From NCBI RefSeq assembly GCF_009914755.1, contig NC_060930.1: a stretch of DNA of 64,000 nt, one strand, 5' to 3'. The translations under genes and the position numbers were made by a program. Below, piece by piece: positions 17,381 through 32,733 of this stretch. Below the pieces are notes generated by a model. The model saw only the letters and a list, made by a program, of their open reading frames with translations. It was not told where the DNA came from and did not search any database. This stretch comes from the human T2T-CHM13v2.0 reference genome, Homo sapiens. How positions within the stretch are numbered: position 1 is the first letter of the stretch; each line of letters starts with the position of its first letter.

Positions 17381-17934
17381 TATCTCTTGAGTTTAATTAA
17401 TTCATTTGGATTTAATCATAGCAGCTAACCTGATGGCAGGGAGTAGATAGTGATTGATAACTATGTGTCAAATGAATACACAAAGGTGAACACCATCAAG
17501 CATCTGAGTAGAAAGTGGCTGTTGAGGATTGATTCCGGGATGGAACTACACAGGACATGATGCTAGGATCATACACTAGCAGTGAACCTAGCAACGCACA
17601 GTGATTGAAGAATTCACTGAACATTCTTAATAAGAACAGCAGAAATTTTTATAAATATAATTACTCTGATCTGCTCTGACATACCAACATGATAGAATCA
17701 AATGTTAAGAAAGATCAGCGGTAGAAGGAAGGAAGATTCAAGCCTATCAAGTCCAATTCACCCATTTCACTGTTGAGGAAACTGAAGCCCAAAGAAAAAA
17801 AAAGACCTACCCAAGTCACACAGATACAAAAATCCATTTATACAAAATCCTTGTATGTTATACAAGTGATACAAGGTGAGAGGCACACTTATTCCCACAC
17901 CAGGGGCTATGTCTTTTTGTTTCATTCTCTAACA

Positions 17935-18272
17935 CCGTGGTTCTCAAAGTGTGGTCTTCAATCTGCAGCTCCATTCTGCAAATTCGCAGGTCCCACTCCA
18001 AAACCTGCTGAATTAGAAACTCTGAAGTGAGCCCAGGAATCCTTGTTTTACTAAGTCCTCCAGGTGATTCTGATGCATTCCCAAGCTTGAAAACCACTGT
18101 TCTAGAACAGTGGTTCTCAAATCTTAATGTGCATACAAATCACCTGGGATCTTGTTAAAATGCCAATTCAAATTTAGTAGGTCTAGGGCAGGGCCCAAGA
18201 ATTTGCATTTCTAACTAGTTCCCAGTGATGCCAGTGCTTCTGCCCCGTGAACCACCCTTTGAATAGCAAAGC
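17935..18272. mobile_element. Tandem MER5A + MER5B hAT-Charlie MITEs
   Basis: GTGGTTCTCAAA termini and CCAGGTGATTCTGATGCA motif; the two copies are joined at TTCTAGAA. Confidence 0.75.
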
Positions 18273-21200
18273 TCTCTATGTTAAAATATTGTTTTACATC
18301 TGTTCCCTGTCACCTGTGGAAACTGGAATTTCTTACACATGTAGCTGAGCAGACACAGTTATGTGGGACCTGAAAAAGTAAAATCCCTGAGAAGTACTAC
18401 ACCTTGCCAAAGGAGATAGATATATACCAAATCATATCTACAGCTAAAAGCATTAAATAACTCAAATATAAAACATCAGTCACTAAAGTCTCAAAAGCCA
18501 TTTTTCTTTCCTTTCTTGCTTGAAAAAATTCATTATAAAACCAATTATCATTAAAAGATTTTTAGAAAAGAAAAGGAAGAAAAACACTCATACTCTAATT
18601 ACCCTACCCCAGCAACTATTTTTTTCATATTTGCATATTCCTGCCAATCTTTGTCCATAAGCATCCTTTAAAAAAATCAGTTCCCATCATGTACTATGGA
18701 ATTTTCTTGACTAGAATAATTCTGTGTTGGAGTGTTCTTATCCTATTCTCATTTATCTTAATCAGTAAAAATCCCATACCTAATCATTTCATTAATATAC
18801 TCAGCTATTCAACAAGTTAGTAAGAGCTACACTTTCTGAAATTTGCACTAGCTGATGCTTTCCTGGTTCTCCGAGCAGGTGTGTGCCCCTCAGCTCTGTC
18901 TCTTTCTCCAACAGTCATGCATCTCCCTTCTTGTTCGCTCCGCTCTGCCTGCCAGGTGGAGGAGGGCATGTTGCTTTTCTCAGCCACTTCTAGTTTCTAA
19001 TTAACCCACATCCCTGGGAGAAAGAAGCCTCTAGGTGGCTTAGCCTGCCTTTACCACCTGACTCTTTAAGGAAACTTGGCTATGGTAAATATCAGCCAAT
19101 GCAGATCGACTTATTAAACAAAGCAATAATGAGTTCAACACAATCAATTTTTTAAATAGTCAACAAAACCTACCCAGCAGAGGAAAAACAAATATAACTG
19201 GCGTGTAAGGGCTTAAAGCCACAAGGGAAACTGAGTCACGTCAAAGGAAAGCTGGATACTCTCTAAGTGAAGGAAGCATTTCACACATTGGACATCTTGG
19301 GGAGCTGAGCAAACACCAAGTTCAGGTGACAAGTGAAGGATGGCACTTCTGGACACTCCATTTGTAAATAGGGGAGGTCTTTCCCCACTGTGTTCTGGTG
19401 GGGAAGGTCTAGGAGGGCAAGGCCATTCTGCATCATGTTCTGAGATCAGAGCCAGCACATAGCAAATGCTCAGGGAATTGAATAAATAAGTAACAAATGA
19501 AATTGGTCAATAGGGAACCACAGTTCTTAATGAATTCGCCTCAGATTTAATTACATTATAAAGATGAAATACACTTATCCATTATCTCCGTAAGTAGTCT
19601 TACAGGTGGATAATATAGGCTTTATTTGAACTCCATAGGTGGGAAAACTGAGGTGATGCCTTACTTATAGGAAGCTGGTGGCAGAGGCAGGCTGAGGTTC
19701 CAGCCTTGTGCTTCTCACCTCTGGGGTCTTCTCTGCAGATTACACTTTGGATAACTGATGTCCTTCCAGCCATGAATACTGTTACTCAAGGACCCAGAGA
19801 GGCCGCTGTCTCTCCTGTGGTTTCAGGTGCCTCTCTCTCTCATGGGACCTTCAAGGATTTCAGAGAAGGAATCACTGTCAACCCCCTTCTTCCCCCACCC
19901 ATCTACCTACGACCCTCCATTGCCACCACCTGGGAACCAGGGCTTCTTTGCTGAGACAAGCTCCTGCCCTTACTCCTGTCCCCCCGAAGTGGGAGAGGAA
20001 TGTTCCATGAGATATACTAAAGCACAAGGAAGGTGCTGGTCAAGAACAGGCTACCTGGAAGTCAGGATGGATGTCAAATGGACCCAGGGTTTCATTTATG
20101 AGACCACCTCAGTTTTGGAGGCCTTTATATAGTGGACTAACCTCATGCCCTCCTTAGGGGCTTCTCTCGTTGGGCCTCCTAAACGGCTGTCTCCCTGCCT
20201 TGGTTCCACTCAGGAGAGAGCTAGAATGCAAGATGGATGGAGGGAAGGGTGGATGGGTGGATGGATGATGGGTGTAGGGGTGAATGGGAGGGAGAGGTAG
20301 ATGGGCAGAGAGACAAAATGACAGAAACAGCTTGGAAGACAAATTGACAGGGAACAGAAAGGTGCCATGGGAATTGGTATTCTTTTGCTCGCTTCCCAAG
20401 AGCAATCACGAATGCAATGTAAAGTGGACCTCACAACTGCTCACCTCTCCAGGCCACCCCTTCATATTCTCGCCACATAGAACCACTAGGCAGCTGAGCT
20501 GAAATGAGGTCCCTTGTACAGATGGGCAAACTGAGACCCAAGGAGGCCCAAAGTCTCAAACACTGTTTTTTGATCACCCCCTTCCTACTTGACTCCCCCT
20601 CTGAAAAATCGCTCTTGTCCTGACTTTCAACTACCTATCCTCAGTCTACCTTTTATCTCTGCACTCAGACAGTTTCTTGGTTAAAAGTCACCTCTCAGTA
20701 AATCAGCCTACCAGCACAGTTCTTTCCACAGCAAATGCAGGAGGTAAGGGCAACATTCTGTTTCTAACAAAGCCATTTTTAATAATGTATAATTAGTTAT
20801 AATTATTTAAGAAAAGACCTTTTCCATGCATGCTGGTGGAAAGTTCCTCCTGACCTCTAACATAACTCTGTCCTCTTTACAATTGGTTAAATAATTTCCC
20901 CTGAGTCTGACCTCTTTTCCCTGGGTAAGATGTTCTTTTTGCCAGCTTTAGAAAGGCCAGTAGAATTAAAAGCGCTCTGCTGGGGGCCCCTCTCCTGCTC
21001 CTGCTCAGCACCCCGCAAGGGCAAGCTGTGAGGAGATGGGGAGGAACCTTGGCTCCTGCCCACTGCTCCTCCGGGAAGAAGCCATGCCAGTGAGGTCATC
21101 CCTGGTGAGAGGTGAAGGCTGGGCCCTAGGGGGATAGGCACCAGCTGAGGGTTGGGGTGGGGAGGCTGGGCCGGAGATGAGCTCACCCACAGTAAGGAGG

Positions 21201-22492
21201 TGAGGAGACCCTCCTCCTCCTCTCCCCTCCACAAGTGAGACTACGCCAGCAGGATGCAGTAAACCTTTCTCAGAAGTATTGATCACAGACGAACAAGTGG
21301 CAGCTACGGATGGGCTGTCTGAGCCCCATCCGGGAGGTAACAGCCAGAGACAGTGTTGCCACACAAAGCCCCCTCCTCACATGCCACTGCTCCAGGGTGC
21401 AGGAGGAGGAGTCTGTGCCTCCTGGAATTGTGAGATAATTCTTTCATTCTCAGCCCCACATCCTTGCTTGCATTCACCAACTTTCTTTGACCTAGCTTTG
21501 CTCCCCAACCTGCTTCTCTCCTGTCCTCCCAAAGTCTCCAGAAACCTGTTCCCCAGCCCTGCCCCCACCCCCATGGCAGGAAGCCTTGCCACACTGAGTA
21601 GATGAGATTCAGTGGGGAGTCTGAGTCTGCTCCAGCCCTCTCTACCTTGCCTCGAAATCCCCACCAATGGCCACCCATCCCTCCCCACACCGCTCTCTGA
21701 CATGCACAATGTCCATATAATTTCTTATCTGGCAGTGACTGTTTTACTGTACTAAATCTTCCTTCTTTGCTGACATCTAAATCTACTCAGAACTCCTGAA
21801 GAACAAGAGGCGTAATGAAGATCAGAATAATCTCAACAATAATGATACAGGGAGAATGCACTCTGTTCCAGGCACACGCCGACCGTCACTGTCAGCCCAC
21901 CTGCTCTCCTCAAATGCCACCCACCCAGTCCACCTGAGCCACCTGGAAAGCCCCCGCACCATGCTGCAGTCTGGCAGGTGTAGAATTGGCCTTATGGTTC
22001 TAAACTGGGGTCTGGGAGAGCTGGGAGGAGCCATGGAAATCAGAGGCCCTCCCACAGCCCCTCCTACATGTTGGCCCAGACTGGGTAGCCAGCTTTCCTG
22101 TCTAGCAGCAGGGACCCAGCCCCGACTGAACACAGGCCCTTTTCTGGGGCTCTGACACCCTGACAGGCCCCTCTTGCCCTACAGCAGGGGCCCTTCTGCT
22201 CAGAAGGATAATGTGATGTGAGGCTGTGCTGAGGGCACAGAGCAGTGAGGATAAGGGGCATGAAGCCCCACCTGCACTTCTGAAAGGACAGAGGAAAGGG
22301 AAGGGGAGAGAGCCCCAGTGCAGTCACTCACAGAAGGAGCTCACCTGCACCCTGATTCTGCAGAAGACTTTGCCATTAGTCATTCTGGGGATGCTACACT
22401 GCTTGTCCTGAGGATGGAAAGTTATTAGAGGGGAGGTAAGGTAAATGGCCACAAGGGCATATGGCTAGTCAGTGTGGAGAGTGAATTAGAAC

Positions 22493-22496
<4 letters not shown>

Positions 22497-22523
<27 letters not shown>

Positions 22524-22549
22524 TTGTTTCTCTCTCTCTTACCTACATA

Positions 22550-22593
<44 letters not shown>

Positions 22594-22594
22594 C
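22497..22594 (+). repeat. Compound (CT)n/(CA)n microsatellite
   Basis: Seen directly. Confidence 0.97.
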
Positions 22595-23539
22595 TCCTAC
22601 TGATGCTCTTGGCCACCTTCTGGATGGCTGATTTCTTGAACTCCTGTTCCCCTGTCTGAGTGACCCCAAGTTTGACCCACTCACAGAATTCCTGAGGCCA
22701 TGGCCACCAATGCTTTCATCTACCAAGACACAAATCCAGCTCAAGGCATCCTTTGATTTTGTCTAATCCACATCACTTCAGACAGTGAGCTCCTTAAGAA
22801 TTAGAGACATAATAATAACCAGGATCATAATCAACACTCGAGGCCAGATGCCTCCTCGGGTCTCCCTTTCCCCAAGTCTGGCTCCCCCATCCCCATCTGT
22901 GTGCCTTACAGCCTCTCTGCCACAATGCAAAGACTTCGTTTTGTGCAGGCCTCTAAGCCTTTGGGATGGGGCAGCTGGAAGCTCACTGTAGAGACAGTGC
23001 CTCCTCACTCACCCGAGGCGAGGTCTCCATGAGTCCAGCACATGGCCCACCTTTTGCGGATTCCAAGGAAGCAGAAGATACAAACCAGCCTGGCCCCAAG
23101 GCACCGACATCTGACCAGCAGAAATGATGTCCTCTCTCAGAGATAAAGCATAAAGGTCAGAAAAATATTACTAGTCAAGGAAACAGAGCTATGGGGGTTC
23201 AGAGATGGGGCAACCATGGTGGTAATGGTGGCGGGGTCAAGGCTACCACTGCTGGCCTTTATCCTAGAGAGTCACAGGAAGATAAGACCTACAGGCACAG
23301 TGGTCAGGGGTCTGAGGATTGAATGTTCCATTGGGTTTGGGTCAGGGAGACTCTGTGGAGGCCCTGGGGTCAGAGACAGGCCTTGACCCTGAAGGCCAGT
23401 AGGATACCTACAAATAAAGATGAGAGTGGGGTGTGCCCAGGGAGAGAAACTATAGCTGCAGAGATACCACAGCCAGGACCCAAACCATTGCATCCAAAAG
23501 CTCAGAGATGGTCCTACACAAATGATTAAGTGTGCAGAT

Positions 23540-24720
23540 CCTGGCCCTGCTATGGGACCTCACTCTTCCATGTGACTTAGCCTTTCTGTGTCTCCTCTGT
23601 TAAATGGGGATGATAACAGCACCTATGTCATAAGATCCTTGCAAAGTTTAAGTGGGTTAATATTTATAAAGTATATAGAACAATGTTTGTCACACAGCAA
23701 CTTCTATGGGAGTGATTATTTTTATTGTTGATAATGATGATGTTATTTCATTGCACGGAAGGCTTTTATAACAAAATCCCCAATGGTTTTGCTGTTACCT
23801 GGTTTCTAAGTTTTGGGCAAGGATTCGCTTGTCCACTTGCCTGAAAGAAGAAATATATTCCAGCAGTGGGGGTCCCTGATGTGGTGCTCTGTGGGCCTCC
23901 TGACTCCACGCACGTGAAGGAGTGGAGAAGAGGAGGAGCCTTCTGACTGATGGGTGGAGTCTGGCTCTTCTGGGAATGAGTAAGCTGAGGCCCCCAAGGA
24001 AGCTGTTCTGATTCCCCAGAGAGATCCTCCAGCACAAGCCTACTTGTTCGACTGATTAACACCTCCTCTCCCTGTGGATCTAGGCAGGAGCAGCCAGCAG
24101 CCTGTGTCCCCTGGCTCCTGAGGAGACATTGCATGGACTCTTTTCCTGCCTGCAGCTTTGTGCCCAGTGAAGGAACAGCCAGCACTTCCTTCCCCGCATT
24201 GTGGAAGGTCTAGGCCACTGCACTCTGTTAAGAACCTGTCCCTCCATTTTGAGTCCCCAGCGTTAGAAAGATGGATCTGCCTCTGGCTGAGGCATTTGAG
24301 GGTTTGGCCACCTTGCTCTGGGATTCAAACAGTCAGTGAGCTGAGGGTGAAAGGTACATGGATCCCAGGAAGGTAAAGAAGAGCAGAGAGAAGGCTGGAG
24401 GAGATGTCCTCAGTTAGGTGGAGAAGAGAGTTCCTGACCTTGTGGAGTTTGGGGCCCAGTGGGGGAAGGCGAGGGCTAGACTGACGTTAGAAACATGAAA
24501 TTACTGTCTTTATCATTATTGTTAGCACCTGTTCCTAATACTACTAAGCTCCTACTCTGCTTTTGCAAGCACTTTACTGACATTGTCATTTAATCCCACA
24601 AAACCTCTGTGAGGTTAACGTTATTAGTGCCTCCATTCTGCAAATAAGTTAACTGAGGCACAAAGAGGTTATGTAACCTACCCAAGATCACACAACAATC
24701 AGAGGCATCTCAATCCAAAG
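23540..24720. mobile_element. MIR elements at ~23540-23740 (+) and ~24540-24720 (-)
   Basis: TGTTAAATGGGGATGATAACAGCACCTA; AACTGAGGCACAAAGAGGTTATGTAACCTACCCAAGATCACACA. Confidence 0.6.
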
Positions 24721-26446
24721 CCGGGCTTGCCCGTGACACTGTGCAGAGGATGCATGCTTGAGAGTAGCACGCACACTCACGGATGTGTGAGCACTAAGCT
24801 GAAGGACAGAGGAAGGCTAGCTGGGAAGGCAACCCCAGGTGTCCCAAAGAAGTGATTTGTAAAGACAATAAGGGCCATGGATCAAACGGAGGGGGCATGG
24901 GGAAGAGCATATGTTGGGGTGTCAGGATGGTAAGAGATGAAGCCTCTGATGATATTGGGGGGAGGATGGATGGCCGCTGGGTGGGGGTGAGAGAGGCTAC
25001 TCTGTGTCAAGTGCAGAGAGGGAGACAGTGGGCCTGATGGGGAGGGGTCAGCCTATAAATGCTCCTCCTGGGAAGAGCCCGGCAGTGAGCCTTCCTGATG
25101 ACGCTGTAAATCAGGGCCCCTAAGTAAAGCCATTACCACACTGAGATACTCAGTCTATTGCCGGATGCCACTGTTTGAGACATTACTTTGAATTTAGTTT
25201 ATGACTCCTGCTGCTATAAATTCTGCCTAGAGTGGATCTAAGGAGGTGGATGGGTCACCCCCACACCCTGGGAATCCCCAGTTCAGCTGGGGTGGTCCCA
25301 GGCCTGAGTGTGGAGAGGCTAAGCTGGCCAGGAGAGTCTATGGGAGCCTGGCCTGGGGCCCACTATGGGGGTAGGGGCAGCGGAGGGAGGGAAGAGGGAC
25401 CGAGGGGGCTACCTGGCCCTTCTAGCTAATACCTTGCTAATATCAGGCCTTTTGACACTGAGAAATTGTCCAGCCTCTGAGACTGGCTAGGACCAGAGTC
25501 CCTAAAGGGGCTAGGACAGGATGTAATTCAAGCCTGCCCCTTCCCTGGGCATGTCCTACCCTAGCTGCCTACTCCACCCCTGCCCAAGCACCCTCCCAAA
25601 ACTGAAGGGCATTTCGTCCACCCCCTCTGACTCCCCATCCTGGACGGGCTCCCCAGTCTTATTCACAAATCTTCATTTCTCCTTCTCTGCCGTTCTTCCA
25701 AGTCCCACTCATGTGGGAGCAGCTGGTACATAGGGCTGGCCTCTCTCCCTCTTCCGTTCCCAGGCACAGTCCTGACTTGGCCCTCCCCATGCCAAGGCGA
25801 GTTCTAACCATCTGCCCACACCTGCCTCACCCCCAGGCCTCCAGCTCCTGGAAACTGCATCTCCTTCCTCTCTGCATTGTCTCGGTTAGCCCTGGGTGGA
25901 GCACTTTGAGGAAGCTCAGTAAACATTTGTTTTGAGAACTATTCATTTCTATGGCCTTAATGTCTCACACAATGTGGAAAACACAGAAGGTGCTAAATAA
26001 GTGTTTGTGAACTGAAGGGAATCTAGTCCAGGAGGCGCTCTGACTGAGCCCACAAGCCACCAACGCCTGCACCCATCAGGGACAGCGCTCTAACCAGCAG
26101 CACCGGCCACCATACCACCCACCTTTTCAGGGATCATGTGTTCAAGGTCTATAGGCTCTTCCCATGACCAGGCACCAGGATGCCATCATGTGTGAGACAC
26201 CATGCCTGACTGGGGAAGCCCAGTTGAGGCCAAAGACCCAACATATTCAGAAATGATGGACCGCACCATCATGGGGCAGAGGTGGCAGGCAAGGGTGTGC
26301 CTGACTCCTCCATTCAGGAGGCTCTGTAGTAGTTGCTGGCCTGCTGCTGTTTGAAATGCTGTCTGGATCAGCCAGACAGAAGATACTCCAGGAGGCAAAG
26401 CTTCTCTTACTAACTCACATCAAATCAGATCTGCCAATCACTCAGA

Positions 26447-26720
26447 TTGGTGTTTATCAAACCGCAGTTCATGATCCATCGGTTGGTCATGGAATCAATG
26501 CTGTAGTCATGACCAGCATGCTCAGTAGAGCAGGATAGAATAGGACAGAGCAGAATAGAATAGATAACAGGGCACTGTGCTTGGTAAAGACATCATGTCA
26601 TAGTATATCTGTTTCCATTATACAAGTGTTGGTTATTTGTATGTTTCAAATGTATTTAGTAAGTTGTCATGTAAAATATATGTCTTACAGTGGGTTTAAG
26701 CCAAAAGAGATTGAAAGTCC
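26447..26720. mobile_element. hAT-Charlie fossil
   Basis: GTGTTTATCAAACCGCAG...GTCATGACCAGCAT followed by (AGAAT)n. Confidence 0.45.
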
Positions 26721-28663
26721 TAACAGATTATCTAGATCATCTCCAAACCTACCACACTCTAATTGCTTTGGGCCTCTGTCTTCCCTGTCTGTAATTTGAT
26801 TCAGCAAATATGTGGAGTGTCCATCTGTGCTAAGAGATGTTCTGAGAAGTTTGTTGACTCAGTGCAGAAGTATCCTTCACCTAGTATTATAAGCAGGGTG
26901 TGTTCAGAAGAGAGGTACCTTCAATGGGACCTCAGAGACATTGCAGTTTCTAGGGCCATGAGGTGGCACTAGGAACTCAGGCCCAAGGGAAAGGGCAACT
27001 GAGAGAGGAGCCCCAAGATTCTCGATGTTCTGTGTAATCCTCAGGGACTGGTCCCCTACCTTCAGGGGAACAGAAAAGAAAAGACAGAGCTGTGTGGGGT
27101 GCAGGAGAGCTGGCCTGGGCCCAGGCCCTCACATGGAAGGTCAGGGCTAAAAGAGACCCCAAGGACCTTTTGCAGTGACCCTTATTTAGTAGATGGAGAA
27201 ACTGAAGTCTCCACAGAGAAAGGCAATGGCCGGTTGGGGACTGATCTGGGAATAGAATCCATGTCTCCTAGAACTTCCCCATGAGCACTGTTTCTATGGC
27301 TGCCGGGACCTGCCAGAGGGGCTGGCCTACTGGGCAAACAAGCAGGCCACACTGACACAGTGCCCTTCCCTCCACAGGGGCTGGCTGCTGTGGATCTTGT
27401 CAGTACATGGGGTACTAGGGAGCAAAGAGATTCACTGGTTACTCTCTTCTTGGGCTTCCACAGAAGGTGCCTGAGCTCTAGAGTTTGATAGAAACTTACT
27501 CAGCATGGAAAAGCTGACATAAAAGCAAGGGAGGCACAGCCTTTTTAGATACTAGAAAAACAGGAGCCCCGCTTAATCCACACCTATCCCTGGTGGGAGA
27601 GTCAGGAAGGAAGGGAGAATTCTCATGACAACAAGCTCCAGAGGGCTGGAGAGGCGGGTAGAATACAGCAGGCCTGGGAGGCCCACCCCAGGCTCAGGCT
27701 TCCTTGCTCAGGCCTCAGGGAACCCTAGGCATCTCCCCCTCCACCATGATGACCAGGAGTCAAGGAGTCCCTAAGCAGAAAACCATCAGTCTTATTCAGC
27801 CCCACGGCCCCAGTGTCTGGCTCATAGCAGGTATTCTAGAAGTATGTGCCGAATGAATGACTGAATGAATGGAGTTGAGATTAGAGAGCATAGAATCTGT
27901 TCTCTGGAAAATGACAGTCCAACTTGGGCGTATGGAAAGTGATAGAGAAGGATCATTTAAAAATCAACACATGATAAGAGGCAGATGAGGGGTACAGATC
28001 ATGAATGAGATGGAGTTGTGGGCAAGGCTGAGCTATAGCAATCACAGAAGGCTTCCTGTGGATGGTGGTTAGGGTCAGGTAGAGATTGGGCAGACGGAAG
28101 GAGGAACCATGACTACGCAATGAACTACTGGGCTTGGGGAAGTACACGCTGCCTAAGGACCACAGAGGAGGGGCACCTGTCTAATGCAGACCTAAGGGCC
28201 CTAGAAGGCTTCCTGGGGTTGGATGAGTAGGAATATAGAAACTGGTCAGGTGAACAAGTACGGTACAGGGGGAGGGCAGGGCAGTGAAGAGCAAAGGGAG
28301 GGGGAGAGAAGGGAGAGAGAAGAGATGACGTTTCCAATTTCACATCCCCAAGAGAAAATGGGGTCCACCCAAAAACTGGGCCATTTTGCCAGGATCCTGC
28401 AGTTCCATCCAGAAGCAAGAGCTCATGGGAGTTTCCCTCTGCTGCTCTGAAAACTTAAAGGACCCTTAGCCGCCAGAGAAGCAGCAGGGATGGGGCCTCC
28501 CTGTCCTGCCAACACACACACATATTAATCAGCTAGAGAAAGCTCTAAAAAGAAACCTAGCCTATTTCTGTCTGTGCATGGAGATGAAGACATTCCTAGA
28601 AATTGACTCCTAAGCCTCCATGGTACATGCAAAGGCACATGTGAGCGTGCTTATGTGCGTGCA

Positions 28664-28665
<2 letters not shown>

Positions 28666-28704
<39 letters not shown>
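28666..28704 (+). repeat. (CA)n microsatellite
   Basis: Seen directly. Confidence 0.97.
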
Positions 28705-28706
<2 letters not shown>

Positions 28707-30139
28707 CATTATCCCCAAGGGGCCAGATTTGGGACTTGCCTGTAGCTGTGGCTCTCAAGAGGCTGCAGGTGAATCTGAGGGAGGGGCTGGCCATGGCGGT
28801 GTGGGGGTCAGTTTGTGTGTGTCTGTGCATGGGAGTGTTATAAGCATGTCTCCCTGAGAGCTATGTTCAAGATTTCCTTAAGTGCTGACTGCCCCTTAGC
28901 TGGTTTTCAGCCTTACCCATGTCTTCCTGAGAGTTGACTTGAAGCTGACAGGTGGCTTGAGGGACTGCATGTGTAGAGACCCCTCCGTGCACACACATGA
29001 TACCCACAGATAACCCAGGTGCAAATGGGCTCCTCTCTCCGCTCTGCTCTGGAAATATCTGCCTCTCTGCATCCGCTCAGTTGCTCCGTGTCTGTGACTT
29101 ATAATTCTCTCTCTCCTGCCTAGACTCACAAGCACAGCAGCAGGGACAGCTGCCGGGCCAATGAGCTCCTTCTGCCTCCTCCTCTGGGGGGCCCTCCAGG
29201 GTCCTGAGGCTTGCTGAATATTCACTTTCTCATCAAAGGGAGGAAAGGCACAGGGAGCAGCAGCTGCCAAGGGCTCCCTGTCAATCCACAGTCATTTATC
29301 ACAGTGCAAAGACCATTAGGGAGCAGTTGTTTTTAGGGGGTTCCATCTGGATGAACATCACCTGTTGCTATTTTTAAAACACTGTTTTTAGTGACTAAGC
29401 TGGGATTCAGCTGAGGCGAAGGTAGATATGGAAGCAGCTGAGTCCCCAGACATTCTGCCTTCCCCCTCAACACTGAGGGCCTGCCATGAGTCCTGGGGGC
29501 TATGTCACAAACAGCCTCATTTCCTGGGCTGCCAAGAAACAAGAATAGAAATCAAGGTAGAAACAATAAGATGATAAGACAGATGTGGAAGTAGCTTCAG
29601 CCTCCCCACAATTTCCAGCCCTGTCATCAAGGTCTTCAATAACTTCCCTGTCCTTGTTAGCACTACGATTACCATGGATACCACCCCTTCTCTCATTTCA
29701 CCACCTGATTACTCCACAGACAGACCTTGTGTGCCCACAAGGTGCTGGATTCAGAGTACAAGTAATTTATTTTCTTAAATGATCACCACTGCACTTACCA
29801 ACCGTGGTCCAGGCACAGGGCTAAGTGCTTTCTAACATTATCTCATTTAATAATAACCCTGTAAGGTCAGCATTCTTTTTATCTCCATTTTAGAGTTGAA
29901 TATGTTGAGGCTCAGGAATGTTACCTAATTTTCCCCAAGTCATACAATCAGTAAAGGAAGAACCTAGGGTTCCAATGTGGGTTCAGCTGAGTCTTAGGTC
30001 TGGCCCCTATATTAGCCATCTGTGAGCCAACTCCAAGAGTGTTTCATGTCCAGTGGTGGACACAAACATGGGGACCACAGCTTACAATATATACCTTTTG
30101 TCATGTTCATGACCAAGAGTTAACAGTAACAGTCATCCA

Positions 30140-30640
30140 ACCAACACTGATTGAGGACCTAGCATGTGCTAGGTGCTGCTTTTCTGCTTCAGCACCTGGC
30201 GATACATATAGACAAAATTAAGTTCCTGCTGTCATAGAGTTTACAATCGAACCATCTACCCAGCTGCCCAAGGCAGACACCCAAAGTTCATCTTTGAGAT
30301 CTCCTTCACATTCACAGCTCCCCCAGTGGGATCAAGGTGTCATCTAATCACCAAGTCCTGTTGATTTTACCACCTAAGAAGCTCCAGCACCTGCACACTT
30401 CTATCCATCCCCACCACTATAATCTAAATTACCATGATCTCTCTCCTGAACTACTCCACTGCTCTCTTAATACACCCACTCTCACCATCCTCCAATCAGT
30501 TTTCCACAATGTAATTAGAGTGATCTTTTCAAAATGTAAATCTGGGTTCCTTTCCCTTAAATTATAATCCTTCAGTGCCTCTCCATTGCTCATAGTAAAA
30601 ATGCTTCTTAACAGCCCATGATGCCCTACCTACCTCCCCA
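30140..30640. mobile_element. L2 fragments
   Basis: L2 3' motif (CCTGCTGTCATAGAGTTTACAATC) and body motif AGAGTGATCTTTTCAAAATGTAAATCTG. Confidence 0.6.
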
Positions 30641-30982
30641 GCATTCCCCACACCATGACCACAATACCCATCTCCACCATCAGTGTGATCATATCCTCCA
30701 ACCCCAAAATCCCCCCAGCCTCCTCCACCACCATCACAGGAGTCTGCATAAAGCAGCCCCTCCACCTGTGTAATGGAGTCAGACTGCTCTGTACCAAAGC
30801 TCTGACCATTTGAGACAAAGACTCAGAAACACACCATCAGGACGCCTGTCAGTTCAACTGAAAGCCTCAACAAGACTGATCTGGAGTTTCTAGACTTTCC
30901 CAAACTCTAAGAAAAATTGGAGGGCAGGATGTATAAGAGCCAGGACCATCTAGCAGAGGACGTAGATCCCAAATCATTATAG

Positions 30983-32733
<1,751 letters not shown>

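Noticed and set aside
26067-26105. REST/RE1-like half sites (GGACAGCGCT, CAGCACC)
   Set aside because: Non-canonical spacing and order with a mismatched left half; not supportable without ChIP.
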